Of a stretch of DNA of 64,000 nt, positions 10,003 to 20,229 are shown piece by piece. The stretch is from a virus, in the IMG/VR virus record IMGVR_UViG_3300039191_000223, positions 1-64,000 of that record; one strand, written 5' to 3'. The position numbers and the translations under genes are program-made. The notes beneath the pieces are model-generated. The model did no database searches. It saw only the letters and a program-made list of their open reading frames with translations, and had not been told where the DNA came from. Position 1 is the stretch's first letter. Each line of letters starts with the position of its first letter.

Positions 10003-10872
10003 TTAATCTTCTTGTTTTCTCATAGAATCAATAATCCCTGAACGGGAATTGGGTGAGGGTGATTGAATACTATCAACCTTTTCAAGTGCTTTAGTTAGTG
10101 CATCCGTAATGTCAACTTGATCACTCTTTATCTGACTCATGACTGAATTGATAGTATCAATATCCATTTCCTGTTGCTTTTTATTAGAGATATTGGCAAA
10201 GCCCACATTCGCCACATAGGTTAATACAACAGCCATGGGGTCAAATATGAATATAACTGCAAGTATGAAATACAGCATCGCATTAGTTGGGTCAAGCCAG
10301 TCTACCGACTCTGCCAATAAAAGGATAGCACCAAACTCAGTTTGTTGCTCAATGCGTTCAAGCTTTATTTCGGATTCTTCTCGTGCTAATTGATCGAGTT
10401 CCTGTACAACGGACTCTTTCTCGGGTGCAAACGTGGCTATAAGCTCCATACGCTTCGATACGTAAGTTTCTGGTACTTCGGCAATCTGTGCATCAATATT
10501 CTCTAAACGTTGCTCTAATCGCTCTCTACGGCTGTCCATTAGCTCTATACGAGCATCGTTCTGGGTAATTGCTAGAGTATCTTTTTGATACGAGCTTGCC
10601 AGATAGCCATACACACCCATTGAAGTTACAGCCATAGCGATAATGATAAGTATGAATAGTACGCTTTTCCACACCCATCCTATGATATCACGAAATTGAT
10701 ATAATGCCGATACTGCCATAACTTTTCCAACCTCAATAACCGCAGCCATGTACATAATCTTGAGGCTAGGTTCAAACAGTTCCCGAAATCCAAGAACTGT
10801 AAACAGCGCAGCGCCAGCAGCAATTGCCAGCGCCACGAGCATAGCTAGTGATGGAAAAATATACGGCTTCAT
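10003..10872 (-). CDS. membrane protein with coiled coil
   Basis: Three N-terminal hydrophobic helices, TSMGVYGYL, IFIFDP. Confidence 0.65.
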   Translation of the reverse strand: MKPYIFPSLAMLVALAIAAGAALFTVLGFRELFEPSLKIMYMAAVIEVGKVMAVSALYQFRDIIGWVWKSVLFILIIIAMAVTSMGVYGYLASSYQKDTLAITQNDARIELMDSRRERLEQRLENIDAQIAEVPETYVSKRMELIATFAPEKESVVQELDQLAREESEIKLERIEQQTEFGAILLLAESVDWLDPTNAMLYFILAVIFIFDPMAVVLTYVANVGFANISNKKQQEMDIDTINSVMSQIKSDQVDITDALTKALEKVDSIQSPSPNSRSGIIDSMRKQED

Positions 10873-10889
10873 AACTTCATAACGGTATG

Positions 10890-11225
10890 TTACGCAACTT
10901 CACCCGGAAGATTAACCATATCATCCCATGTTGCGAGAATTGACTCTTCGTTTGTAACCCAATAATCTTTATCAGTGAGTCTAAACTTACTAGTCCATTT
11001 CAAATTCTGAATCAAAACAATATTACCGGGAGCGATTCCTTCTGATACATTGGGGCCTTTGGCAAGTACTCGCACCCAACGGCTGCCTTGAACTTGTTTA
11101 TCTGCCTGTTCTACAATCAAAACACCACCACTAGTTTTTTCGTTGAACTTACCCTGCGTGGTGTCTTCTAAAAATTCAAATACAATCTGATCATTGATCG
11201 GATCAACTTCTGAACGCTGCTTCAT
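10890..11225 (-). CDS. GroES-like co-chaperonin
   Basis: PINDQI, TSGGVLI, VLAKGP, EESILA. Confidence 0.7.
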   Translation of the reverse strand: MKQRSEVDPINDQIVFEFLEDTTQGKFNEKTSGGVLIVEQADKQVQGSRWVRVLAKGPNVSEGIAPGNIVLIQNLKWTSKFRLTDKDYWVTNEESILATWDDMVNLPGEVA

Positions 11226-11234
11226 AAAATCTCC

Positions 11235-11609
11235 TTAGTCTTCTGTTTTGCTGCGTCGTACAATTTTCTTACGGCTAGTTCGTTTTGGTTCGGAAGAAGC
11301 TTCCTGAATTGGAGTTGGAGACGAATCTCCCAGAATATCATCGACTGTCGTTTCCTCTGCTTCACGCTGCAACCGTGCTTCGCGGCTTTTCTGTATCTTT
11401 TCACGGGCATCAGATTCGTTACCGCGCTGTTCGTTTTCTAAATCAGAAACATTGCGGCGAGGATTACGACGGCGACGAATATCAATATACTTCTCACGCA
11501 TTTCTACGCTGTCCGGCTTATCGTTGGTTTCAATAGCAGCTTTGACTCGTAGAAGGTCAAAGTCTACAGATTGTCCACGAATGCTTTGAGATTTACGGTT
11601 ATTCGACAT
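11235..11609 (-). CDS. hypothetical protein
   Basis: 124 aa; TATAAATA at 11639-11646. Confidence 0.65.
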   Translation of the reverse strand: MSNNRKSQSIRGQSVDFDLLRVKAAIETNDKPDSVEMREKYIDIRRRRNPRRNVSDLENEQRGNESDAREKIQKSREARLQREAEETTVDDILGDSSPTPIQEASSEPKRTSRKKIVRRSKTED

Positions 11610-11654
11610 TATAATACCTCTTGTTGTTGTTGTGCTTATATTTATACTAGACCT

Positions 11655-12215
11655 TTAACGGAAAAATTCACCAAGGTCTAAATCATATTTTACACTGTCT
11701 ACTTGATGAATGCCAATTAAGTATAGTATATATGATGCACAAGAACTACCTCTCCCGGTACCCCACACAACCTTATTTTCCTCAAATATATTCACAACGT
11801 AGATCAGTGTACGCAACAACCCAAGTAAGTCTCGTTTCTTCCAAATGCGAAGCTCCATTTTAGTGCGGGATAGACGTTCTTGATATTCGTCTGGAGAAAG
11901 CTTCGCGCGCTTAGCTTCTTTCTGTAACCTTTTCCAGATGTAGTCTGCTACATCTAAGTCTTTGTATCGTTTAGGAATATTCCATTCGGTTGATATGGAA
12001 TTGAATGATGTTTTATATTTAACAACATCATTCTTGAATTTTTTGTTATACGTCTGTATTTCATCAGATTCGTAATCTTCTTTGGAAACGAATAAATCCG
12101 ACGCATCACCACCATCGAGCAGATGTTGATACAGAAACGGCAACTCAGCAATAGAGTCACCGTCCCCGCAAAGGATTCTACCATCCAATATTGTATGAAA
12201 GTTATCGAGTGCCAT
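11655..12215 (-). CDS. DnaE-like DNA polymerase III alpha, GRGS fragment
   Basis: ERL..EL, GTGRGSSCASYILYLIGIHQVDSVKYDL; ends where the DIDID motif would begin. Confidence 0.85.
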   Translation of the reverse strand: MALDNFHTILDGRILCGDGDSIAELPFLYQHLLDGGDASDLFVSKEDYESDEIQTYNKKFKNDVVKYKTSFNSISTEWNIPKRYKDLDVADYIWKRLQKEAKRAKLSPDEYQERLSRTKMELRIWKKRDLLGLLRTLIYVVNIFEENKVVWGTGRGSSCASYILYLIGIHQVDSVKYDLDLGEFFR

Positions 12216-12216
12216 A

Positions 12217-12648
12217 TTACCCAAATGGTGAATCGTAGTCATCAACCGACGTATCAATTGTTGGTGTCTTAACCTTAATACCCGATTTTAACACATCCCC
12301 TTGCTTTTCGAAAGTGCCATCATGTTTAATTTCATAACCTTTACCTTCACGTAAATCAAGCTGCCGAGGACGCTTAGTATTACCATCTAACGATTCTCCA
12401 GTCAATGCACTATCCGCATTTGCATTTGGCCCCTGCTGCGCATAATAGGGTTGTTGTACTGGAGTCTGCTCAACAATCCGCTCAACTTTTGGGGGATCAA
12501 CCTTTACATTCATCAACATGTCAACTATCTTTTCCCATTGAGTTTTATCGGGATGCCAGTCTTCATCGTTCAGGTCAATTGCACCTTGGACATACGACTG
12601 AAGTTCTGCGATAGTTACTTTCTTTACTCTTTTTTTTCTACTAGCCAT
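12217..12648 (-). CDS. hypothetical protein
   Basis: 143-aa ORF in operon. Confidence 0.6.
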   Translation of the reverse strand: MASRKKRVKKVTIAELQSYVQGAIDLNDEDWHPDKTQWEKIVDMLMNVKVDPPKVERIVEQTPVQQPYYAQQGPNANADSALTGESLDGNTKRPRQLDLREGKGYEIKHDGTFEKQGDVLKSGIKVKTPTIDTSVDDYDSPFG

Positions 12649-12658
12649 AATTCCCTCA

Positions 12659-13156
12659 CTATACCATTAAATCACCAACAAGTGCGCCTTTCAGGTACTT
12701 GTTATAGTTGTCTGTTGGTGCCAAACACACCCAAGCATCAGGACCCACATGGTGACACAACATGGTATGTTTATTTAGCGTCGGATTTCTAATGTGAGCT
12801 TCTGCATGATAATCTACCACAGTAATAGGACCCGCAGTTATTTTACCAGTCTTGTGGTGATAAACGACACCCGTAAACTTTGCCCGTGTCAAATCAGAAA
12901 TTTCAGCAACGTCAAGCTGTGCAGTCTCTTCTGAGAAGACCAGAATATTCCAGTTTGTTGGGGCTTCGATCAAATAACCATCGATCAAAAACTCAAGAGT
13001 GCGAGTGGTCTGTTCTTCAAACATATTCAGTGGCTGTAGAGTAAAATCCATCATGCCATCCATGGATAGTTGCAGTACCCAAAAATAATCTGTTAGAGTA
13101 GGTGTGTCAATACTCTCAATCAATATTGGATACGAGTTTTCATCTGAAATTACCAT
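12659..13156 (-). CDS. hypothetical protein
   Basis: 165 aa, coupled to UvsW. Confidence 0.65.
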   Translation of the reverse strand: MVISDENSYPILIESIDTPTLTDYFWVLQLSMDGMMDFTLQPLNMFEEQTTRTLEFLIDGYLIEAPTNWNILVFSEETAQLDVAEISDLTRAKFTGVVYHHKTGKITAGPITVVDYHAEAHIRNPTLNKHTMLCHHVGPDAWVCLAPTDNYNKYLKGALVGDLMV

Positions 13157-14649
13157 TAATCATTTTCTCCTTGGAACCATCCCAGATAGTCGATCTTGTC
13201 TGTCTTAAATGGGTAGTTCTTATTTTTATAATGTTTTTTTCTGTTAGCACCGTGTCTCTTAGAGAATTTTAAATCACTGTAAACGTCATAGACCCTTACT
13301 GTATACTTGTCGTGAGCACGGCGTAACCCTCGACCAATACTTTGAATAACCTGAACATAGCTTTTACCCGCATCAATCAAGAATAGATTAAACACTCTCT
13401 TGATATTCAATCCAGTTGATGCTAACGAAAAAGTTGTAATGGCAACGATATCATCGTTGTCTTTATACGAATCATATATCTGTGCTCTTACTGCTTTTGA
13501 ATCTTGTCCGTAGAAGAAAATCGCACCGGGTATCCTCTTTGTAATCTTCTTACCAAATTCTACATTGGGGACAAGAACTAATGTATTCTTCGTTGGCTTA
13601 CTTATTAACTTAGCCAAAAAGTCTAGACGCTCTTCGCGCTTTTGAATGAACTTCTTTTCAGACTGGTAATCAGGAAGATACTTTTCTCGAAACTTGTTGT
13701 ATGTTAGGTCTGCCGCCTGCTCTGGGTTGTCATTACAAAATTCATGATACTCTGCCCGTAAGTCTTCGACCAATTCATACGAGTATAATTTCAGCCGTGC
13801 AAGCCAACCACTGGCAATCAATTCGGATGCTTCTACCTTTTCAACAACGTCACCCAAAGTGACTCGTACATGCATCTGGTCAATTTCATCTTCAGGTATA
13901 GTACCTGTCAATCCCATACGAACAACAGCTTTCTTTGCGTGGTCATTCATGAGTTCTTGTAGAATTTGCCCACGCACTCCGTGGCACTCATCCACAATGA
14001 CAACTTCGAATTGACCAATGATACCTTTGTTGTTATTCAAGGACTGCCATGTACTAACTAGGTGATGGTGCTCTATATCTTTTGTGTTACCACCATAGCG
14101 CCCTACATCAACTCCGTATTCTACCATTTCATTGTACGTTTGGTCAATAAGATCAGACGTTGGAACAATAGTTATTGTTCTAAACCCGTGCTCCTGTTCG
14201 TATGTATGAGCCAGAGCCGCAGTCATTATCGTTTTTCCTGCACCAGTGCCTCCTTCAAAGATGCCTCCCGCTTCACCTATAAGAGCATTTATGCCTCGAA
14301 CTTGATGCTCACCAAGTTCAATATCATACCCCATATCCTTTAAATAATCTTTAGTGACGGGCTTACATACAAGGTCTACGCTCTTGCGATTATCCGTAAG
14401 AGTGATATCATAATCACGCATCCTAAGATAGTCAATGATTTCAGGAAGCAGCTTTACATAAGTCTTACCTAAAGGCTTCTTGAAAAACGCAATGCGACCG
14501 TCCCATATCCCGAGCTTGAATTTGGGGTTGTGCCGATATCCCTTTGCATGGATAGCATGACGGTTATAAAGTTCATCCATATCACCCACAGATAGGCCCT
14601 GAACGGTTGCATATACTTCATCGACAATGTATACAGATGCTTGCTTCAT
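13156..14649 (-). CDS. uvsW: UvsW-like SF2 DNA helicase
   Basis: GAGKT, DECH, GLTGT, QSIGRGLR. Confidence 0.9.
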   Translation of the reverse strand: MKQASVYIVDEVYATVQGLSVGDMDELYNRHAIHAKGYRHNPKFKLGIWDGRIAFFKKPLGKTYVKLLPEIIDYLRMRDYDITLTDNRKSVDLVCKPVTKDYLKDMGYDIELGEHQVRGINALIGEAGGIFEGGTGAGKTIMTAALAHTYEQEHGFRTITIVPTSDLIDQTYNEMVEYGVDVGRYGGNTKDIEHHHLVSTWQSLNNNKGIIGQFEVVIVDECHGVRGQILQELMNDHAKKAVVRMGLTGTIPEDEIDQMHVRVTLGDVVEKVEASELIASGWLARLKLYSYELVEDLRAEYHEFCNDNPEQAADLTYNKFREKYLPDYQSEKKFIQKREERLDFLAKLISKPTKNTLVLVPNVEFGKKITKRIPGAIFFYGQDSKAVRAQIYDSYKDNDDIVAITTFSLASTGLNIKRVFNLFLIDAGKSYVQVIQSIGRGLRRAHDKYTVRVYDVYSDLKFSKRHGANRKKHYKNKNYPFKTDKIDYLGWFQGEND

Positions 14650-15152
14650 TGTATTAGGTAATCTATTGCTGATATTTCTAATGACTTCGTGATGTTATTC
14701 AACGCATATCCACGCTGCTGATATGATTCAACAATAGCATGAAAGCGGTCGTACATATCTTTGACCAGCAGAGCATTAAATTGCGCTTGACGAATATCCG
14801 CATCACCATCAATAATTGAGTTAATTGCCCTATCGTTCAACTCGCGAGATTCACCTCTGCGAATACTCTCATATTTCACACCCCGCATGTACCTTACGTT
14901 TGCCTCAAGCGCATCTAATATTCCCTTCAAGTTTACGCAACAGCGCTTAAAAAATAGGTATTCAGACGGCTGCGTTGCCAACGCCTCGGACAAATGCTTG
15001 TTGGGGAGTGCAACCAAGTCCTTAGAAACGGACGAGATTTTGTCATACTCATCCAAAATTTCTGTCAAATTGGATAAGTCATTCTCAAGATCATTCAACG
15101 CACTCGGCTTGAGCAAATGTATGGTTTTACGAATTTTTGCAATATCTTTCAT
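14646..15152 (-). CDS. uvsY: UvsY-like recombination mediator
   Basis: Helical, IDGDADI, RGYALNNI; between uvsX and uvsW. Confidence 0.7.
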   Translation of the reverse strand: MKDIAKIRKTIHLLKPSALNDLENDLSNLTEILDEYDKISSVSKDLVALPNKHLSEALATQPSEYLFFKRCCVNLKGILDALEANVRYMRGVKYESIRRGESRELNDRAINSIIDGDADIRQAQFNALLVKDMYDRFHAIVESYQQRGYALNNITKSLEISAIDYLIQ

Positions 15153-15808
15153 TTACGGGTTACTTCACTAAGCATTAGGCTTTGTTTTTGTTCTTCTGTG
15201 AGACCACTTAAATCAAATCCGTCTAAGTGTGGTGGGAGCTTTATTGTAGTAATATCTGGTTCCTCCTGTGCTTGCTTCGCTAACTTTTCAATATCGGGAA
15301 GCAGTTCTTGCAACGTGGCCATTGTAAAGTTCACATCGCGTAGATTATTGTGGAATTCTTTTGGTGTAGAAACACTACGGGCGACGCCAATGGACTTAGC
15401 GGCATCTGCTATTTGATAAGCACTAGAACCGTCATCCAACATTTCCCATGGAACCGTGAAGCTAACCTCAAGTACTAAATCATTGTCAATGTTTGTACCA
15501 GATGGTAGTTTCTGACCTTCTGCCACAAGAGCGGTTCCAGATACCATTATAAAGTTACTGGTGGGAGAGAACCGAAAGATTCTCTCCCACTCAATAAATG
15601 CATCCACTTCATAAATGACCTGAAATGTTTTATAGAGAAGGTCTTCATACTTATTAAGTGTTCTCTTTTCAAACTTCTCTTTTATTTTTAGATCATTCAG
15701 AATCGTCATCAGAATCCTCAAGCGCTTCATTAGCTTTACGTTGACGCCGTGCCTTACCAGACTCCTGTGTTTCTTCGCTTGGTTTATCAAGTTCAGACAA
15801 ATATTCAT
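15149..15808 (-). CDS. hypothetical protein (true start probably ~15700)
   Basis: Fills the gap between uvsX and uvsY. Confidence 0.55.
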   Translation of the reverse strand: MNICLNLINQAKKHRSLVRHGVNVKLMKRLRILMTILNDLKIKEKFEKRTLNKYEDLLYKTFQVIYEVDAFIEWERIFRFSPTSNFIMVSGTALVAEGQKLPSGTNIDNDLVLEVSFTVPWEMLDDGSSAYQIADAAKSIGVARSVSTPKEFHNNLRDVNFTMATLQELLPDIEKLAKQAQEEPDITTIKLPPHLDGFDLSGLTEEQKQSLMLSEVTRK

Positions 15809-16847
15809 CTAGAATTGGCTCTAGAACCAATTCTTCATCATTAGCCTTACAGCACAATGTGAGAATAGCTTCCATCGTATCTGGATCATTCTCTGCTGTT
15901 TTACGCTGGAACTTAGGCATATCAGCATTATCATTTGCGAATGAGTACCATGCGTTATTTTTTATAACTACGCCAAGCTGCTCAGCAATTTCAAGAAGAC
16001 CCGCATACGGATCAAGTCCATCTTTAAACGGTACTTCAATTTTTGCAACTTGCTTTTCTTTAGTATGGCGATTCTTGTAACTCTTAGCTTTCAGTGTGAA
16101 GCCCTTGTGCTCTTTAGTCGCCTTGTCCTTGAACTGAAGCTTTTCGACAACTATAATTTGTGAGCACGGATACTTCAGCGATTCCGTAAACACCCAAGGT
16201 TCTTCATAGGCTTTGAATTTATCCTGCTCAACATATACCTGCTTAGAACAAATGATTGTAATGTTCAGTGTACTTATAGAATGAGTCCAAGACAGTAGCA
16301 TGCGCTTAAGCTGCTTTGCTCGCTGACCCTGATCACCACCAAGATCACCTACAGTATTGATATCTTTCGTCTCACTGTCTGTGAACAAGTTATCCAACGA
16401 ATCAACGAAAATAACTACTCGCGTGTCATCACCCGATTCCGCATAGTCACGGATAAAGTTATTAACGATCCTACTACAATGGGTAATTTCTGACGTGCCT
16501 TCACGCAAAAAACGGCTCATCGTATCTTCATCAGTAACATCAATACCAACACCCGCCAAGAAACGATTATCAATAGCGCCTTCACTATCTATTACAATAC
16601 CGATACCACCGTTTTTTAGGTTATGTGCCAAAATAGATGCTCCTACCAAACTCTTACCAGAGCTTGAGTGTCCACCAAATGATACAATCCTTCCCTGTGG
16701 AGCACCACCCTCGAATTTACCAGACATTAGTCTGTTGAGAGAATAGCTTCCAGTATGTAGGTAATAGGTTGGGTCGGGTAGTAATTTTGCATTGCGGGCC
16801 TTATCTTTTTCAACTGCTTTCTTATACTTCTTCATAAAATCTGACAT
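15693..16847 (-). CDS. uvsX: UvsX/RecA recombinase
   Basis: TGSYSLN, GHSSSGKS, IDSE, VDSL; start MSDFMKK. Confidence 0.9.
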   Translation of the reverse strand: MSDFMKKYKKAVEKDKARNAKLLPDPTYYLHTGSYSLNRLMSGKFEGGAPQGRIVSFGGHSSSGKSLVGASILAHNLKNGGIGIVIDSEGAIDNRFLAGVGIDVTDEDTMSRFLREGTSEITHCSRIVNNFIRDYAESGDDTRVVIFVDSLDNLFTDSETKDINTVGDLGGDQGQRAKQLKRMLLSWTHSISTLNITIICSKQVYVEQDKFKAYEEPWVFTESLKYPCSQIIVVEKLQFKDKATKEHKGFTLKAKSYKNRHTKEKQVAKIEVPFKDGLDPYAGLLEIAEQLGVVIKNNAWYSFANDNADMPKFQRKTAENDPDTMEAILTLCCKANDEELVLEPILDEYLSELDKPSEETQESGKARRQRKANEALEDSDDDSE

Positions 16848-16878
16848 ATTATCTCCAATGAATGATTGTTGTAGAACA

Positions 16879-16902
16879 GAAGGGGGCGTTTCCGCCCCCT
16901 TC
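16879..16902 (-). terminator. hairpin/terminator after gp32
   Basis: gaagggggcg-tttc-cgcccccttc inverted repeat. Confidence 0.7.
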
Positions 16903-16921
16903 ATGTAGTTACTACTAACGA

Positions 16922-17917
16922 TTAACTACGAAGCTGAGACAAAATATCATCATCATCATCATCATCATCGTCATCACCATCCACCAAACCAGCAAGAGGG
17001 TTATCAGAATCATCATCGGGCGTATCTTTAGACACAGGTTCGTCCTTTTCCTTTTCCTTTTCCTTTTCCTTTTCCTTTTCCTCTTCTGCCACAGGCTCTT
17101 CAGCCTTTTTATTCTTGCTCTGTTGACGCTTGAGTTTTTCCATCAAATCGTCTTCAGAGGTCGTTTTATCATCACCATCACCATCGTCAGATTCACCCAT
17201 CAACGACTTCAGATGCTTCTGAAGTGTTGCGTCGGCCTCATCGTAAGACGGGATTTCAGATAGAAGTGCAGAGAGAGGCTCTTCGGGAATTTCACTGCGC
17301 CAATCATCAGGCACAGCAGAAGGCTTACGGACAAATCCACTGGACAAGTCATACTTGCCGTATTCTTGACCACCCTTGCCCATTTGCTTATCTTTAACGA
17401 TAGCAAAGTCAAGACCTTCTTCCAAGTCCCAGAACAGATCATCATCCTCAAGCTTAGCAATCTCTGCCTTGAGCTTGTTGAAAATCTGATAGCTGAACTT
17501 GAATACCTTTACCTTACCCTTGGCAGTCTCTTCACCATCACTATATTCAAGACCGTCCTTGGTTACAACAGCACGCAGCACTGCGTACATATCGCGATAG
17601 TAGTACTTGCCCTTATCTTCGTTACCGGCGTCATAGAACTTCTTTGCCAAATCACAGATCGGGCAGTTATGATCTTTACCTTTGTTTCGAAGACACGGGA
17701 CACGGACGACATCATCACCAATGTGAAGACGGTGCTCCATGAATGTCACATATACTGCAAGGGGGTTATCTTCATTCGGGTCTTCGAGAATTCGAACTTT
17801 CGTAGTACCGTCGAAGGGGAGTTTCCAGTGCGGGTAGAAAAGGCTTCCTGAGTTGTTGCTGTCCTTTCCCTCGTTGTTAATCTTATCCTGCAATGCTTTC
17901 AATGAACGTCTAGCCAT
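16922..17917 (-). CDS. single-stranded DNA-binding protein (gp32-like)
   Basis: VRIL, CPIC zinc site, GKVKVFKF, YDLS, acidic tail. Confidence 0.85.
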   Translation of the reverse strand: MARRSLKALQDKINNEGKDSNNSGSLFYPHWKLPFDGTTKVRILEDPNEDNPLAVYVTFMEHRLHIGDDVVRVPCLRNKGKDHNCPICDLAKKFYDAGNEDKGKYYYRDMYAVLRAVVTKDGLEYSDGEETAKGKVKVFKFSYQIFNKLKAEIAKLEDDDLFWDLEEGLDFAIVKDKQMGKGGQEYGKYDLSSGFVRKPSAVPDDWRSEIPEEPLSALLSEIPSYDEADATLQKHLKSLMGESDDGDGDDKTTSEDDLMEKLKRQQSKNKKAEEPVAEEEKEKEKEKEKEKDEPVSKDTPDDDSDNPLAGLVDGDDDDDDDDDDILSQLRS

Positions 17918-18079
17918 AAATATATTCTCCTTTTCTTATTGTTATATTCTTGTATTACGTTCTTATTATAATCTGCGTAAGAGACAAACAAATTGTACAC
18001 TATTTGCCCTTACAATACAACACTTACTTATACTCTTAATACATTCTTACTATATTCTTACTACGCTCTTACTACGATC

Positions 18080-18616
18080 TTATCTGATAATTCTTTCTCG
18101 TTTAAGTTCGTTCGTTAGAGCCATCAAATGCTTGCAAAGCCCCGGTACTTCATTCGGATTAACCGGCTCACTATCCGTCTTCTTTACATAAGGCGGCGGC
18201 GGGTCTCCAAGCAAACTACCATCGCCATGATTCCATGCGGAAAAGCGATAGTAAAAGTCAAGACAATTACAACTTACCTGTACATCCGTACCACGGTATT
18301 GCACAGGCTCAATCGTATATGCCTGACCATCTTGAGAATCAAAAGTTACTGCCTGATTACTCAGACGAGCATCTTCTTCATCTAGATACACGACCTCAAA
18401 GGCCATACGTGTCTCATAATTCTTAGCACTGGATCGAGTCTTAGCATTAACTGTCACCAAACCATTTCTAGGAGCCGGAAGAAAAATCTTACTTACGACT
18501 TGAACCCTTCCCTGATTCTGCTGACGGTTGGTCGAAAAGCTACTAACCGTATTACTATATAGCTGATCGAGACTAGTCTCTTCCAATATTTGCGCTGGGA
18601 TAATAATTGTTCTCAT
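18080..18616 (-). CDS. SWIM zinc-finger protein
   Basis: VSCNCLDF...NP...GLCKH. Confidence 0.65.
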   Translation of the reverse strand: MRTIIIPAQILEETSLDQLYSNTVSSFSTNRQQNQGRVQVVSKIFLPAPRNGLVTVNAKTRSSAKNYETRMAFEVVYLDEEDARLSNQAVTFDSQDGQAYTIEPVQYRGTDVQVSCNCLDFYYRFSAWNHGDGSLLGDPPPPYVKKTDSEPVNPNEVPGLCKHLMALTNELKRERIIR

Positions 18617-18624
18617 AATACTAT

Positions 18625-20187
18625 TTATAGCAAACCACCCGGAATAGGCATACTATCGTAATCTGATGGTTTAGGACTTCCCTCCGTATACCACTCGTCT
18701 CCACGAGCTTGATCGTCAAAGCGATATAGCTTCTGATATGCCCGTGGATCATACATTGCGATTTCATCTAGCATACGCATGACCATAAAGGTAGCAGAGA
18801 TACAGTCATCTGTTGCACCGGTCTGTGCCTCAAAGCCATCACCCTTACGTATATAGCTTTTCATTTCGTTGTACAACTGCGTCGAATAAATAACCATTTC
18901 ACGACGCTCAAACATATTCTTGAATCTAAGGGCACAATCTCTCTTTGTTGTACTTGTAGTAGTGTACCCCATCTTATTCTTTCCCTGCTCACTCATAAAG
19001 TGGGCATACATCAGTGGGTTTTCGTCCTGCATATACAATGCTATCAACGCTCGACCTACACCATTTGATTCAACACTGAAATAAACATCGTCTGAATACT
19101 TTTCCAAAAATCCAATCACTTTCTTGAGGTGAGAGTATAACACAACTTCACTTACAGTGTTGTCCCTAAATTCCATTACTTGTTGCATTGTAGGAAATTC
19201 AAATACCTCAATAACTGAAGAATCATTTCCGTTACCAGTAGATGGATCAACCCCCACAATGTATGTCATATCCTGTGATATAGGTTTAAAAAATCCTTGC
19301 TCGTTATTTATCAAGTATGCAGGCTCATCCATAGCAAACTTCTTCTGTGCAATCTGAATCAACCTTGTATCAAATAGCGAGTTGTCGGACGAAATGAACT
19401 CACACTCATATTCCTGAAGCCACTGTCTTTCACCAATAACACCAATCTGTTTATTTTTGAATTCTTCACCTCGACCCGGAGGTTGATCCCAATATATCCG
19501 GTTGGACTTGAATGAATTCGTCTCAGCTTCGGAACCTCTCCACAGTGTAGAGAACAGATCATTGTCACCATTTGGAGTAGAAGTGATAATACACTTACCA
19601 CCAGTGGACAATGTGGGGAATACCGAAGTCCAGAACTCTTCTTGAATGCTTGGCTTTACGAACGCAAGCTCATCACAATATAGTAGTGAAATGGAAAGAC
19701 CACGACCAGAGCCCGCTGTAGTTGTACGTGCTACGATACGTGAACGGTTGTCAAAAGCTGCGGTGTGCTTGTTCCAATCGTCGTCCTGAATACCCGGCTT
19801 TAACCAGTTGGGAAGTTCTTCGTAAATCTGTTGGACGCGCTTGATAATTTCTTTTGCAGCGTCAGAGTCCTTCGATACAACGAGAACTGTTTTCTCTTCC
19901 TGAAAAATTGCCCACCACACCATGAATGCACACGAAGTTTCAGTCTTCCCAGTCTGTCTAGCTGACAATACAATGTTGTATATCTCATCATGGTAATTTT
20001 GTACAAGCTCTTCCTGATAATCGTATAAGTCAAACTTGATACGACCCTTTTTAGGGTGCACAATATGTACATAATTCTTGATGAAGTAAAGCGGATCGCG
20101 CATGCATCGCTGCATTTCTATGATCTGCTCATAAGTGATTTCCATCGTCTCATGAGCAGCTTTTAGATTTGGATTACCCCGACGCAT
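18625..20187 (-). CDS. terminase large subunit (gp17-like)
   Basis: ARQTGKT, YCDELAF, ITSTPNG, QEYECEF, GVDPSTG, TDDC. Confidence 0.95.
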   Translation of the reverse strand: MRRGNPNLKAAHETMEITYEQIIEMQRCMRDPLYFIKNYVHIVHPKKGRIKFDLYDYQEELVQNYHDEIYNIVLSARQTGKTETSCAFMVWWAIFQEEKTVLVVSKDSDAAKEIIKRVQQIYEELPNWLKPGIQDDDWNKHTAAFDNRSRIVARTTTAGSGRGLSISLLYCDELAFVKPSIQEEFWTSVFPTLSTGGKCIITSTPNGDNDLFSTLWRGSEAETNSFKSNRIYWDQPPGRGEEFKNKQIGVIGERQWLQEYECEFISSDNSLFDTRLIQIAQKKFAMDEPAYLINNEQGFFKPISQDMTYIVGVDPSTGNGNDSSVIEVFEFPTMQQVMEFRDNTVSEVVLYSHLKKVIGFLEKYSDDVYFSVESNGVGRALIALYMQDENPLMYAHFMSEQGKNKMGYTTTSTTKRDCALRFKNMFERREMVIYSTQLYNEMKSYIRKGDGFEAQTGATDDCISATFMVMRMLDEIAMYDPRAYQKLYRFDDQARGDEWYTEGSPKPSDYDSMPIPGGLL

Positions 20188-20229
20188 ACTATTTCCCCTA
20201 ACTGGTTTAATAGTATTTATCAGTGTAAA

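Noticed and set aside
16947-17083. (TCA)n and (CCTTTT)n microsatellites
   Set aside because: In-frame poly-Asp and KE runs of the gp32 tail.
17918-18084. CRISPR array
   Set aside because: Units are 11 nt, degenerate and without spacers; no cas genes.
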